In this document: positions 12,421 to 25,300 of the stretch, in pieces
Layout of the letters: each line of letters opens with the position of its first letter
Numbering within the stretch: position 1 is the stretch's first letter
Source of the DNA: Raillietiella orientalis
Taxonomy: Eukaryota
Length of the DNA: 64,000 bases
Direction: 5' to 3'
Assembly (NCBI GenBank): GCA_036172245.1
Contig: JAYWIR010000016.1
Location: forward strand, 558,001-622,000
The notes under the pieces: generated by a model
Told to the model about the DNA's origin: nothing
The model's input: only the letters and a program-made list of their open reading frames with translations
Database searches by the model: none
Program-made: the position numbers and the translations under genes

Positions 12421-12949
12421 GGTGCCCGCCACGTGGGGAAATGGCATGGGGGTGCAATGGTTTCAAACCACCAATGCATTTTCGTTTTCCTTGTTTGTCC
12501 TTCCCTTTGCATCCGACCGGCCCTTGCGTTCCAAAGGCGCCTCGTACTTGGACGCGCGGGCTCGTGTACCAATCTGAATCTAAAAGTGATCACAGTGAAT
12601 GCGCAAATGCAGTTGCTGCTTATTGGTGGCCCCAAGAGAGGCAAACTATCGAAGCAGTTGGAAACATCCCGGGATGTTATCACCTCTCATGACGTGATCA
12701 TCTGGCGATGCAGCAACTTTATGCCCTTAAGTTGAACACTTACATTAAACACCTCATTTATGAATTCTGCTCGAAAAAATGGAACGGATTATTTTTCGTA
12801 AAAACAAATCTGTAGTCTGATACATTCGTAGGGAGAGAAAGAGGGGGAGGGGGGAGAGAGAGAGAAGAAACACACGCACTGGGGTTCGGGATTTAAAACC
12901 AGACTAGCCGATTGCGGAATGTAGCGAGACAGCCTCATTCAGAAGATGA

Positions 12950-15330
12950 TTACCACGTTCAAAGAAAAGTTGCACTGCAGAAATCCAGAGGTTCCAAATC
13001 CAGCAATATTCCATCCAAAGACTGCGGATTCATTGATAAAGCTAGCGAAGATAAGTGAAACTGCGTTCCATGAAACCATCAGCTTGGATAGGTAAGAGAA
13101 TACAATAAGAACAAACCCTCTCCTATAACGATGACTCCGGCTTTTGGTACGCATTGCTGGAAGCCCTACTTAATTTTTGAGTACATTTGTTCATCACTGA
13201 AGCATTGCAAAATGACGAGAAACCCAAGCAGACCTTTGGGAATGCGAGAGCGACATTCATTTTCCCTGTTTGCATGTGTTCCAGAGAACCATCGCATCCA
13301 CATAAGGGTTAAAACACCATGGGTTCGCAGTGTAGCATCAGCCTGCGAGGTCCGTAAACAGGAATGCCAAGCAGCATGTACCAAGAGAAAAAAAAAAAAA
13401 AAAGGCTTCTGACGCAAGAATTATTTAGAATTGCCAAAATATCACAGAAAGGATCGATCGTGCCCGAGAAAAACGATAAACTTGACGGTGGCGCTGCAGC
13501 ATCTGGGTAATTATGGTTTCATAAAAGACCGACAAGTCAGCGGAAACCAAAGATCTTTGCAAGGGAGTGCTAATTTTCAATGCCATCTGGAAACATAAAG
13601 GGATGGGAGAGAAAGCATGTTTCAAGACGTGAGTGCGAACAGACTTGATAAGCATGGAGTGACTACTAAACCGTGCTCTTCGGGGGAGATACTTCAGCTT
13701 CTTTCAATAACTGCATCTTCGCGGGAGGAGCAAGAGATTTTCCGTGGATAAAGCCAATGAAGTATTCCGAAAGGAGGGAGAGAGAGGGAGGGAGAGAAAA
13801 AAGTGCTCATTTTACGCAATAGGGGGTATCCTTATCTCGAAAGAAGCCTTTCATAATTAGTTCAGCAACAACACTGTTCCTAATTCGAGTCCATCTGCTT
13901 CCACATTTATGTGAGAGCTGTTATTAAATACTGTTAGCACATCAAATGCTGAATGCTGAAGATTATACCAATACCGAATATTAACACATACCCAGTTTGC
14001 TCAAAAATATCCTTGAAACAGGGAGCATCAGTATAAGCATTGCAGTCTGAGAACAAATTCTAATGTTCCCCTCCCCCCACCACACACACACACTACCTTT
14101 TCAAAGTGCTATTAAAGTGTGGAGTCTTCCACCATCACAGAGTGACCGAAAAGTCCGATGGAGAGGATTCTGGAAAGAATGCTCGTCAGTGAAGATCGCA
14201 TAATCCGGTGCACCGCAAGTGGGTAGCCAAGGTGAGGCTGTATCTTCGGTCGAATCCGTCGTCAGCACCCCCCTTCCCCCGGAAGCCATAGGTGGCTGAT
14301 GCGCTCACTCTCGAGCACGTCACTTTTCTGGCTTCCCTGACTAAGAAGGCCTGCTAAGTGTGCCCTGAGCTCTTCACGGCTTTAGACTTACGGTGCTACC
14401 AGAAGACCGCACGGAACCACCGGCAGTTGGCAGGAAAGCGTAGGTACGCAGGAAAGATGGCACACTTTCCTCTCGACATATAAACGAAAGGGGAGGGGAT
14501 GAATGAAACAGAATTTCACGAAGGGTCACATGTGATGATGGATTGATCGCACGATCAATCACAGTCATCGAATTTGTGGAGATGGAGCTTTGCCTGCAAA
14601 GCCCACGGAACATCACAGCATTGGCCACTTCTTTTAGATACATGATGGGGGAGCTCCAGGTGCATTCTCACATACGTTACTCAATCGAGGTCACGAACTT
14701 GAGTTTTCTGCATGGTGCGAGTGATGGATGGATGAGGATTTTTTTTTTTTTTTTCCATCTACTTTACTGCACTGCATAATCCATGATCCAAAGATTTCAA
14801 ATATTCCGTCATTTAGAAATAAAGCATCTGCAATCACATGGTCGGAAGAGTGCAACCAACGCAACATGGCGCTGCAGTCCCCGGTCCAGAATTGAAGGTA
14901 TTTCCTTTTGCTTTTCCTTCGTGCACCTAATCTTTTGAGCACTCATCTTTCCCTGTTCCCATCCACCCACAGATGGTGGTGCTCACGATGCACACATCTG
15001 TGCCTACAAAAGGCACCCTCTTGCATATGGAATTGGAGTGGAGCTTCTTGAGAGAGATCAGCTTCCCTGTCTAGACAAGGATCACACACTCCCTCTGCAA
15101 TTTCCTCTGATGGTCGCCATGTTTTGTTGCCAGGCTGGGTTGGTTGGGGTGGCAGAGATGGCACGCGAGGAACTCTTTCTCTGGCTGAGGTGAGGAATTC
15201 ACGTAAATGCTGAAAGCAGTGCGCACCAACCGAAATCGAGTCGGAACTGGGCAGAGGGTGAGACGCTGGAAAGTGCACCTCTGCAGGTGGAGAATTGAGC
15301 TGCTCGAGGGACCTCCTATCGGCACCCTTG
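12950..15330 (-). mobile_element. Heavily decayed RLE element (N-terminal Cys/His region, RT, post-RT)
   Basis: Cys/His clusters near 15000-15250, YLKEVANA (~WLD.ANAF), GADD/VLTTDSTED (RT motif 5) and ADATLRTHGVLTL (~D.A..HAF.LL) occur in order. Confidence 0.35.
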
Positions 15331-16495
15331 GGCAGTTTCCGAAACTAAGCAGCGTTTCATCTGAAACTTCATGGAAACAGAGATTCGGATAAACTATGCG
15401 AACCCAGTATGAGATGATGGCGTCTTAGGCAGGAGGCGAAAGGTTATTTTCGAGAGAGCCGTTTTTCCATCGGACTGGGGCTGCCTCTCGGCTCGCGTCG
15501 GTAAGCAGCGACGACCCGAAACGGCTCAATGGCTGCCTGGGTGACCTCAAGATCTCGCATTGAAGCACTCTAAATGTCTGGAGTCCGAAAATCGAACAGG
15601 ACTGCACCATGCCGATTCATATCTACCCATCTTGGCGTGTCTAAATCCCCTGTCTCCGATCCGGCCTTCGATGCTTTCCTTTTTTTTTTCTACGAGACAC
15701 ATCTCAGCGCCTCGAAAGGCGCGTGACGATTTGAGCCAATCAGAAACACAGGTCGCTCGCTCTGATGTTTCCACGAACGAAATCTGGACCACTTTGGTAG
15801 CCGAATATTTTTGCGCCAGAGTTTGGATAGAAAAACAGGTATTCCACTCAGGGGGGGGACCCGTGTGTGTCCTCCTCCCTTAGATGGCAAATGGCAGTTA
15901 AGAGCAATGCTGTGTTTATTGCAGGAGGAACATCTCCTCCTGTGTTGCCGTCTGCAAAAAATCAGAAGGTGGACGATTTCACCCGTACCCCCCTTTTCTC
16001 AGTGTCACAGATTGCCACACGAACACGGGAAGGTAGAACCAACGCCATCTGCGATTCGATGATGAAGGAATGAGACGTGGTTGTCATGGAAGTTCAGTAG
16101 GGTGAGTCGCTCAGTTGCGCTCTCATCGGTGAGGTGCAAACTTTGCCCATTCGTGGAAGAGCGACCGAAGGTATGATGTCACTAACGGTAGGTGTAACTT
16201 CCTACAAACTGCTTCATTAAAGGCTTCTTTCGGGTTCGCCGTTCTTGTCTGTTAGATAGAATGCACGACCCAGCAAAGGTACATTCGATTCTTCTACTTC
16301 TATTGACAATCCGAGCGTTTCATGAAGGGTTTCCAAATTTTCCCTTAAGGAATTCATTAGTCTCTAGTCCCGGCTAAAGCATCGAAGACTTCATTGGTCA
16401 GCAAGACAAACCCCGAAGACAACTTTCATTCGTACTTTGTAGATGACGTCCGTGTTAAGAAAGAGGGTACACTTCAATCAGGAGAGGAATTGCTA

Positions 16496-17400
16496 CCATC
16501 TCCTCAGCCTGTCTTCTCTCTTCCAGCCGTCCCCATGACGCGGCTGTGATCGAGAGTGGCAGCCCCGTCACGAGCTGGGGCCGCCTTCGGCCACGGACGG
16601 CGTCCCGTCCCATCGTTCCCAACGCGCGTCCCGGCAGCATCGAGCACGTCTCAGCTTCCTCTTCCCACGAGGCCCGTCCCCCTCTTCCGAATTTCCTGGC
16701 ACTTGGCCGTTCGACGCATCCCACCGATCCCAGGGATCGCACGAGGAGCGTTCTTCAGTGAGGCGGGAGCTCCACCGCAGGCGAAGCGGAGAGGCGATCC
16801 TCGACAGCTGGTCACCTTCCCCATTCAGTGCTGAGCCTTCACCGAGGGACACGCGACCGTGCAGTACGGCCGCGTCGGCTTCCTCCCGGAAGAATGGCTT
16901 CATCTTCGAGTCCGGCGTAGGCTGGCCGGAGGCCGCCAACTCCGGATGCCTGAGGGCAGGCGGGTGTCCTGACCTGGACCAGCGTCTCGGCGCGTCTTCC
17001 GGGGATCATGATTTTGCTGTTGGTGTGTGGCGGTCCTGTGGATTCTTGCCGCGGACGAGCGGTGCCACCCGTGGTGGAAGATGCGGGTCAAATGGTTCTC
17101 AGTGGGCGAAGCGGCGCAGGTTTCGAAGACGCAGTCGGGCATACCGATGTGTACCTGCGTCCCGTGCTGAGTGATGACGGAAGAAAGCTGGAAGATTCCC
17201 AGCATCTCCGAAACATCAGGTTCATCTCAAATCGAGGCCTGGTCCACACACCCGAACGGGCTGCTTCAGGTAAGGACCGATACCCTTGGAAGCGATACTG
17301 ATCTTCGGAAGGCACCCGTGATTGTATTTGCGTGATCCCGGGTCACGTGGCTCAGTGTTTCCCATAGCGCTCACCTCCCAATCCTTACCCGCGCGAGGCG
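16496..17400 (-). mobile_element. Decayed RLE element, RT end and post-RT region
   Basis: EDQYRFQG (~Y.YLG), PSSLSTGRR (~SLLAPWQK), PACPQAS (~LP.RAS), EEADAAVLHG and RRARCCRDARWERW (~W.RAR.A..RL..W). Confidence 0.5.
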
Positions 17401-17499
17401 GAAAATCTAACGGAGCGAACAAAAGTAACAAAAGATGCTTCATGAGCTTTTCAGACTTCCGTCCCACAGTCTTGGCTTCTGCAGAGAGGAGCAGTTTGG

Positions 17500-17860
17500 G
17501 TGCTTTCCAAAGATCTTCAGCGTTGCGTATTCATGGAGCTGGAAACGTGCGAGCGAATAAAACAATAACCGGAAGGGAGTGATCGGGAGCGATTCCCGAG
17601 CAATAGGAGTTCCCAGCTTCCCCGGAATCAGCGAGAATTCGCCCAGGTGAAGTTTTGCTTGGAAGGCGGAATTTTTTCCGTTTGCACGAATCCCGCGGCT
17701 GTCGTCCAATGAAATTCGAGGTTCATCACCGGGTCCTCCAGGGACACTCATTGAAACCAATAAGCTTGAATTTTTTTTTTGTAAAAAAAAAGCAGTAGCA
17801 ACATCCGTCCGATTATTCAAGAGGAAAACACATGCCGGCTCGAGGTTATTCATGCAAAGC
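17500..17860 (-). mobile_element. RLE endonuclease remnant, probably the continuation of 20009-22800
   Basis: NRTDVATAFFLQKKNSSLLVSMSVP (~RPD.V..K..I.DV.VP) and SLIPGKLGT (~AL..G.LG.W). Confidence 0.45.
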
Positions 17861-17872
17861 ACCCCTGCACCA

Positions 17873-18783
17873 TTTTCACCCGGTTCTTCCAGGACGTTTA
17901 TTTCCCGAAAATAAGCAAAAAATAAACAGGCATGTGGGTTACCAAATGTGGATTGGTAGGTCCAGCAGTCTATAAAAAATCCAAGGGGAGGAGAAAAAGC
18001 GAGAAAAAACAAAACGCCGACTCGCGCCGACCGACCACACAGAAGGACAGGAAAGGTGTAGGAGAGGAGACAATAAATAAATAAATAAATAAAAGGGGAG
18101 GAAGGGACAGGGGTCATCGGTCACGCTCAACGCGTCTGCCGAAACCTGAGTGCGACGCAGGTGGCGTCCTTGAAAGGACATTCGCCGTCACTGCGGAGTT
18201 GAAGCGTGCCGTCCTCCTTCCCTGCTGACTCCCCCCTCCTCAGTGTTCTCCGGGAGGTCACGATCCTCCGGACGCGACGCAGGTTCGGCGTAGCAGGCGA
18301 AGAAGGCCCGTCCTGCGAACAGCAGTTCGGCAGAAGTCCTTCCGGGATGTCCTCGGGTCGAGGTGAAGCAGCTGCGAGGCGTGTCCACGCGCTTCCACGA
18401 GGGTCACCGCGTTCCATCAGCAGGCGCGCGAGAGATCCCATTTCTCCGCCGCTGGCTCTCAGTCGGCAGGGACGCTTCTCATCCACGTCCAGCGATGCCG
18501 CCGCTATGTGTGGTTGCGCGAAGAGGCGCGGTGCACGGACGGCGAAGCCTCTTCGTGGGGTGCCATGTGAGGGGGGAGGATGGAACTGTCCAGGCACAGG
18601 GGAGGGGTCACGATCCGCTGCGGCGGAATGTCCAGATGTTCTTCCCGACGGAGCAGCGCTTCGGGGCGCTCTCTGGGTGTCTCCGCGTCAGACAGAGAGC
18701 CCGAGTCCTACTCGCTCGTCAGTTTCGTCGCTCCTGCTACGAGGTCACCCACTCTGCCGGCTGGCAACCATCGTTTCTCTCCC
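17873..18783 (-). mobile_element. L1/Tx1-like LINE 3' remnant
   Basis: Near-identical to about 45161-45885. Contains a decayed zinc knuckle PCRLRASGGEMGSLARLLME, a T-rich 3' UTR with (TTTA)n, and a terminal hairpin plus AAAA. Confidence 0.7.
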
Positions 18784-20008
18784 GTAGGGAGGACAGCGTT
18801 GCGGCTAGAAAGGTAGCAGTGGCTACGGGCCCCTTTGGGTTGCTTTACACTCCCTCCAAGGAGGCTGCTCCCAGGTTGCTGATGGGATGTGTCAACTCTG
18901 CGTCAGTGCGCACGATGCGAGTGCAGATGCCCACTCCTCCCGCCGCCAAGCGTTGTTGCCTTCAGGGTGGCAGAGATCCACGAATGTCCTTCCCATAGGA
19001 CAGCGATCTGCCTCGGTGGCAACGCGAGCTCCTCCACGAGGTCTTGGTTGCCAGGTTGCAGCGACGCCGTGCCCTTGCAACCGTCCGCGCGCCATCAGGA
19101 TTTCTCCCGCAAGTGGCGGCACCAATACAGCATCCAGTTCTCGGCCACCAAGGCCATCGTTCTAAACTGCAGCTGCAGACCCATCTTCAGCGTGAGGATG
19201 CTGAGTCCTTCATCTTGCACCACTGGCCCAGGGAAGGGTGGGCCCGAACTTTGGCAGGTGCGGAGAAAGCGAGACCTTCCTGCACCTGCATATGGGCAGT
19301 CTCCTCCCCTGCACCCTTCCTGTCCTTCTGCGTGGCCTGCCAGCGAGTCGGCGTGTTTTTTTCTTGCTCTTCGGCCGCTTTGGATACGTTTCGAGACGAC
19401 CCTTCGGATTCCCATTGGACGACTTCAGGGACGTTGTTAAGCGTCTCTTTTTTTGTGTGATGCACTGCCGTCAGCCGCGTCCTTAGCAGCTCTTGGCCGA
19501 CTTCGCGGGTTAGTGGCAGCCTGGAGCGCCGCTTGAAGAGGAAAAAACGAAAGAGTTGTCATCCCCTGCAAGAACTTCTTCATGGGGATCGCTACGAGAT
19601 GGTCTCTCCTGAGAGGCATCCAAAGGGAACTTGCTGACATTCCAGCAGAGGATGAACAGGACGACACGGAACATAACGTGGTTCTTTCACGAACCCCCTA
19701 TAGAAAGTTTTTTTTGTTCATATTTATTTATTAACTTTTTTGATTTGTAATTTTTTCTGGTTAAGATAGTGTTTATTGTTCCCTTTGCTGTGTTTCTAAA
19801 GAAGACAGTCTCCTCCCTACACCCTTCCTGCCCTTCTGTGTAGCCGGCAGGCGAGTTGGTGGTTTTCTTTCTTGCTTTTCTGTCTTTCTCCTCCCCTTGG
19901 ATTTTTTATAGACTGTTGGACTTACCAATCCACATTTGGCAACCCACATGCCTGTTTATTTTTTGCTTATTTTCGGGAAATAAACGTTCTGGAAGAACCG
20001 GGTGAAAA
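18784..20008 (+). mobile_element. L1/Tx1-like LINE 3' remnant
   Basis: LLYTPSKE (~LP..EGG), ILHHWPREG and GRCGESETFLHL (zf-RVT-type knuckle), followed by a 3' UTR ending aaacgttctggaagaaccgggtgaaaa. Confidence 0.7.
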
Positions 20009-22800
20009 TGGTGCAGGGGTGCTTTGCATGAATGACCCCAGAGCAACATTAGCAGCGTCGACTCCTTCAACCTTAAGTGGAGAGTGGAACTGTCCGTTCT
20101 TATCGCTGGCAGCTACGGATCTTCCGGAGCAAGGTCCAGCACCTGGGCCAGGCGAAGCAGTCCTTTTGGTTTCAAGTCTGAGGCTGGGCGTCTTGGCTTC
20201 TACATAAGCGGAGTAGTGCTTCCAGTAGGGTGATTTTTTCTTCGTAGCTGCTGCAGCAAGCTCTTTCGCCGGTTGAAAGATTAGCTAACAGTATAGTGGA
20301 CGCTATCATACATCCCGTTCTGTCATCCGGATGTCCGGACCAACCTCCAGGCACGAATCGGAATCCTGCAGCATGCAGCGCTGCTGGTGCGAGGGCTCGC
20401 CTCTGCGCAAAGCACAGGTGCGTCAAACAGAGGGAGCAGCTGGAAGGAAACGGTCTCTTGGGTGGATGAATTTCCCAGTCCCGTCCCTGTTCCCGAGATT
20501 CTTTCCTGAGACTCGATCATGCAGCTGTTTTCTCGTTGCTGTTACGTGCGGTTGCGTCTTGCATTTAGCTTAAACGCGATGCTTCGAAGGCACCGGAAGA
20601 TTAATGACTGGGGATGCGAAATGATTTTGCTTCTTGCCACGAGCCTTCCCAAGTGCCTGAAACGCTTCCAAGAGATGGAGCATTTCTCTCCGTGACAGAG
20701 GGAGAAGAAAGTTCTCTAATCTGCCCAGAAGTGCTTCGGCCCTATTGACTGCATCCGGCTGAAGGAAGGCAAAACCGCCGAGCACGTGCTGGTCGCGGGC
20801 TCCGATGCGGTTTCTTGCAACGTAGGCTCTCCGAGACCCCGTCTGTTCAAGCACACAGATGACTTCAGGTATCCTGCCTTCTCTGCAGCCTCAATGTGCG
20901 CTGAATCTGCAACAGTAATTGAAGACAGACAGGTCCTCCAGAAGATTAGATTAATACGGATGAAACAGTGATTTATTACACCTAAGCGGAAGACAATCTG
21001 CTCCGCAGCTCGGCAACTGCTTTCCGCTTTGATGAATTCGTTTCTGATTAATGACGAGGAAGGAAAAAACGGTGCACTGGCCGGGTCACCTTGAATCCTA
21101 AGAAGAAATGGCGGAGAGATTATCCTCTTTCATTCTTTGTATGGCGCCGCTTTTATTCAGCGCTGACTCGGCAAAAGGTACGTAGATTTTCTCCCGGATT
21201 AAAGAAAGCTCCTTCAGGAGCAACGTTCTTCACTTCTGGCTCTCCATCTCTGATGCCGTCCCCCCACATTTGTTTTTTCTTCTTTTCTTCGCGACCTCTG
21301 CAGGACGATCTCCACTCCCCCACGCCCGAGAGGCGAGCGGATCGGAGAGTTTGGGGAATCGATGGATAGCTAATAAGTGGGATGATTCTTTTTGAGGGGA
21401 ACCTCCCAGAATGATGGGTTAGAGCTCCTGAGAAAGCGCGACGGAACTGTTTGTTTTGAAGAGCTCCGGAACGCAAGAAGGAATCGGAAGAAGGAATGAA
21501 ATTCCATTCTATTTTCGGCTGCTGCTCCCATTTTCACCTCTCAGTGGCGCTCTCCGGGAAGACACGACGTTGATCCCAATGCTGATGGATTCGGAGAAAG
21601 AACGCGACACCGGATGCCACCAGGAAGAGTCCATCATTCTCCAAGTTCTTCCACACAGAGCATCTACACAGGAAGTGGCTTTTTTTGTTGTGGTTCCGCA
21701 GATTCAACAAACCGTCGGGAGCACTTACTGATGCAACACAAAGTGTTCCGGCGGTCTTCTTCACGGCCCCGTGAAAAAAAAAAAAAATTGCTTTCAAGGA
21801 ATTCTCACGCGCACCAACGGCCCTTCGTGAGTGTTGGAAGAGTTTGCCCACGAGGAAGACCGCATGGTGCAAAATGCCACGTGGGGCGTGTTTACAAAAA
21901 CCGTTTCCAAGGCAAACACTGACCCCGCAATTCGGTTGCCCAACGGAGACTTTCCGTTCGTGAGATTCCTAATTAACGATTCGCGTATCCTCAGCAGCGC
22001 CACGAGGAGCTGCAGGATGTCCCTTTCAAGAAAAGAAGTGCACACTCGCCACAGCATCGTCATCCACGGTACCAATCAGCCGCAAGCCAAGTTCCCTGCA
22101 CGTTCAACCTGCAGGGAACTTTGCCGTTCGCTCTACACTTCCAGAGTGGCAAACCGAGGATCCAGAAAAGTTCGTCGTCCGCGCCTTCGAGGAACTCTGA
22201 GAAGCGAAACCTCCACGCCTATGCCCAGAGAGCCATGCCGACTGCGCACGGTTCCATGGATACAGAAATCTGGGCGTTTCAGTGCAACGTAGAAGAGAAT
22301 TTGCGAGCTTCTGAAGAGGACGCAGGACACTTTTTCTCGTAGCTTCCTTCAAAGAATCTCTTCACGAATACCTTCAAATGTTAAACGTTGTCCTCGACAT
22401 GCTGGAGTCACTCTGCAATTTTAGCCCCTCATATCTTTATTGAGGGGACGAATCTTCAGGGGGAGCTGAAACGTAGTGTAGCAACGGTCGCTTAACTTAT
22501 TCTGAAGTATCTCCTTCCCTGCTGGTCCCTGCCACCTGAGTCTTTCGACCTCCAGACAAGATGGATCTGCCGCATTCCTTGCTAGGAACCTCTTGGTTCC
22601 TCCAGGGCCACTTCTTCCATCGCCAATCTTGAGATTCCGTCCACAAATGGAGCAGCAGACGAAGTTGAGATGGGACAAGATTCGGCCTCTTTGGTGGGTA
22701 TGGTGCAACTTCATAGTGGTCTCTACCGTCGGTGAACTGGAGCACTTCTTTCCCGCAGCTGAGGGAAAGATTCGATTTGATTTCCCGTGTCGACACAATT
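20009..22800 (-). mobile_element. Long decayed RLE element (zinc-finger-like N-terminus, RT, post-RT, CCHC)
   Basis: FVCCSICG; LRPLQKL; EGADDELFWIL (~EG..EH.F.L); DDAVASV (~NAFGSV); HVLGGFAF..LENFLLP (~YLG.P.GF..SLLAPWQK); SFQLLPLFD (~AF.LL..D); SRRC*CC..H..C. Confidence 0.5.
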
Positions 22801-24329
22801 CCTACGCAAGCAAACGCCGCGGTGCATGTCTTTTTTTTCTTTTTCTTTTCAGATTCTGCAGCATTTCATCCACTAGAAGGAAAGAGATTGTTCTAGAAGA
22901 GATACAGAATCGAAACTCGTTGTTTGCTCACGCACAGTTACCTGCAACACGCAGCAACACCTGTGTTTCGAAGGGAACGGCGCTCAGAGGAACAACCACA
23001 TCCGACTGGGCATGCCGAACAAAGAGTACATACCTACGGATTTGATCTGCATGTCGAATGCGTATACAAAAGCGACGGCGTGCTCCCAATGGGAAGCTGC
23101 TAACTGAAGCTTCTTATTCCTGAAGTCGCCTTTTTGCCTTGTGGACGTCGCCCTGGGATCGCGGATCCCCCCCTCTCCCCTTCCCCGCGGTTCCCGGACC
23201 ACGCACGGAATACGGAAAAGCCGGGACTGGAACCCGACGTGGACTGCCGATTCACAAACCAGAGGACAAAATGGAGGTGCGAATAAAGTGCCCCGGAGAG
23301 GGCACAGATCGAAACGCCGTGAGCCACAAGCCCAGGGCGGGATTCCAGCTGGAATCCGCAACAGGTGTTTTCCTTTTTCCAGCGGATCGGCCAGGAGGAA
23401 ACTGGTCATGAAATTTCCTTCCCGTTTCCATTTGTTCGAATGCTTCCCTGTGATCCGATCGAAAAGTCTTCGTTGTTTGCGCCCTTAGCTCGATTGAGGA
23501 ATAACATTGATTAATACGATGGCCTTTGCTGCATCAGATTCCTCGTGGACCGTTGCAGAAGTTTGCTTGGCCCGAATTTCCTTCTCGTTCCGTTGTTTGG
23601 AACTTCCATAAATTTTGCTGATATCCGTTTCGACCCGGCAGTACCCCTTCGGCCAGCGCACGATTCCCTGGCAATAAATTACGTAAATAATTAGGTGAGC
23701 AGGGAAGACGAGAAATTCGAGACACTACCTAGAGCGAGGAATTAATTTTTGTTTTTTTTTTTCTAATCAGTGTTCTCACTGATTTGAATCTCATTTGCTA
23801 TGAGCCACAGCATCCTGAGAGAGGATTCGTTTCCGTAGATGATTGCAATTAAAGGAGCGTGAAAATATCCTTATTGTGTGATAAATGATCTGCCCTGAGG
23901 ATCCTCAGGAAAAAATCTTCGTTCGAAAAACTCTTTCTTTGCAGAGGCGACTTCCAGAGTTTCGTTGAGAAAACTCGAAAATAAATTGCCACGAGCGGAG
24001 GGCCAGCCAACTGACAAAAAAATGGCTCCCCGGTTTTCTATCCCGAGGACAAAAAATGAAAGAAAAAAATGAGATAGCATCGTGGTTTCCATAGAGTGAG
24101 ATCCCAGCGTGCTCTTGAAGATTTCCAGATCATCTGCGTTTTCAGATTGTGCTGCGTGTCACCCTACCCTGAAATAGGGAACTGGAAGACTGCGCCGCCC
24201 TACTGTTTCCTCTCACACAAACTCTCAAGGAAGACGAAAGGAATGGTGGGGCCCCAAAACATATTTTCAGAAAACACTTAGACAGAACTTGTGATGCTTG
24301 TCTGGGGAGAATCCATCTCCATTTTCACT

Positions 24330-25300
24330 ATCCTGTCATCCCGCTGACAGCTGGTCATCCTGGACGGTGACCTACAATACGTTCCCAGAGCATGCCTGGA
24401 TGCTGGAGACACGCCCATCCTTTGCTTCAGGTGTTCTGCCGGAACGCGGGAGCTCCCGAATTCTCTGAGCACCTCGTCGCTTCTCGGGCTTTTGCCGAAG
24501 GCGAAAGTGTGGCACCTCATGCGCCCGGGGAGCGGCACTTTGAAGCAAAAGTCACGACGGTGCTGCTGAGCTTCCGTAGGTCCGACTGGTTCTTTCCAGA
24601 TGGACGAACAGCAAACCCTTTGCGGAGCCCACGAAAAAAGTCGGAAGCTGCGTCGATCGTTGCGGAGCACGCCGACACGGAATGCTCTTTTGCGAGTGTT
24701 CCCAGAAAATCTGGTGTGGAGGCGCTTGTACTGAGGTCTTTCCGTTGCCTCCACGGTCGCCTGTGGGACAAATGCAAGGTGCAGGTCAAAACCCGCCGCA
24801 CACTCCTTCCCACTATTGCGCATCCCTCACTACGGAGTACTTGTGCCCAGAACTTTGAGGCTGCTAAACTGACCAGCTTCCAGCCGCCGCGCTGCATCCT
24901 TTCCGGACTCCTGAACGGGAACAAGGATGCGAACTTCCACGCACATTCCCTGTTCATCGCCTCTGTTTTCCTTGGAAAGCCTCCCGGAAGCGGGGGAAAC
25001 CACGTCTCTCATCTGTTGGTTCCTGGAAATTCGACGCAGGAAGTTTTCAGGAGTTCGGATCCAGTGGGAGACAGGCACGCGGATCCGTTTCCGAAGACCC
25101 CCCATCCCTGGTTTGACGTCAGTGACGCCGACCTCTGCGACTGCTCCATCTCTCGAATAGGTTAATTCCGTTCGTAGTGCGCCATTCTCTTCGGTTCCCA
25201 CATGGACCGGGTGGCGCGCGCTTTGCAGAATTCTTCGAATTCGTTGCGAGTGGCAAGAGCTCATATCGCGGCTCTCCAGGCCTGTTCGGAGGGAACAGGG
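24330..25300 (-). mobile_element. Utopia/NeSL-like RLE element, 3' remnant
   Basis: EQGMCVEV (~DQGK), GGWKLVSLAA (~DWRFIHRAR), GCAIVGRSVRRVLTCTLHLSHRRPWRQR (CCHC+RH), ATIDAASDF, SPRSDEVLREFGSSR..KQRMGVS. Confidence 0.7.

Noticed and set aside
12981..13091. Possible AG..GT-bounded open exon on the plus strand
   Set aside because: It is isolated, encodes no recognisable peptide, and has no partner exons.
15000..15110. RING-finger pseudogene (CVI/CLDREAD..FCR)
   Set aside because: It needs two frameshifts and a deletion; a retroelement N-terminal zinc finger is equally or more plausible.
16496..17084. Gypsy protease-RT linker
   Set aside because: Motif order with the adjacent 17085-17400 sequence fits an RLE element better; no LTRs or integrase were seen.
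17844..20037. DIRS element with inverted terminal repeats
   Set aside because: The interior is two LINE 3' fragments, with no tyrosine recombinase or DIRS RT.
24500..24960. MULE transposase remnant
   Set aside because: Flanking motifs (QG, CCHC+RH, P.SDEVLREFG) fit the RLE C-terminus in order.
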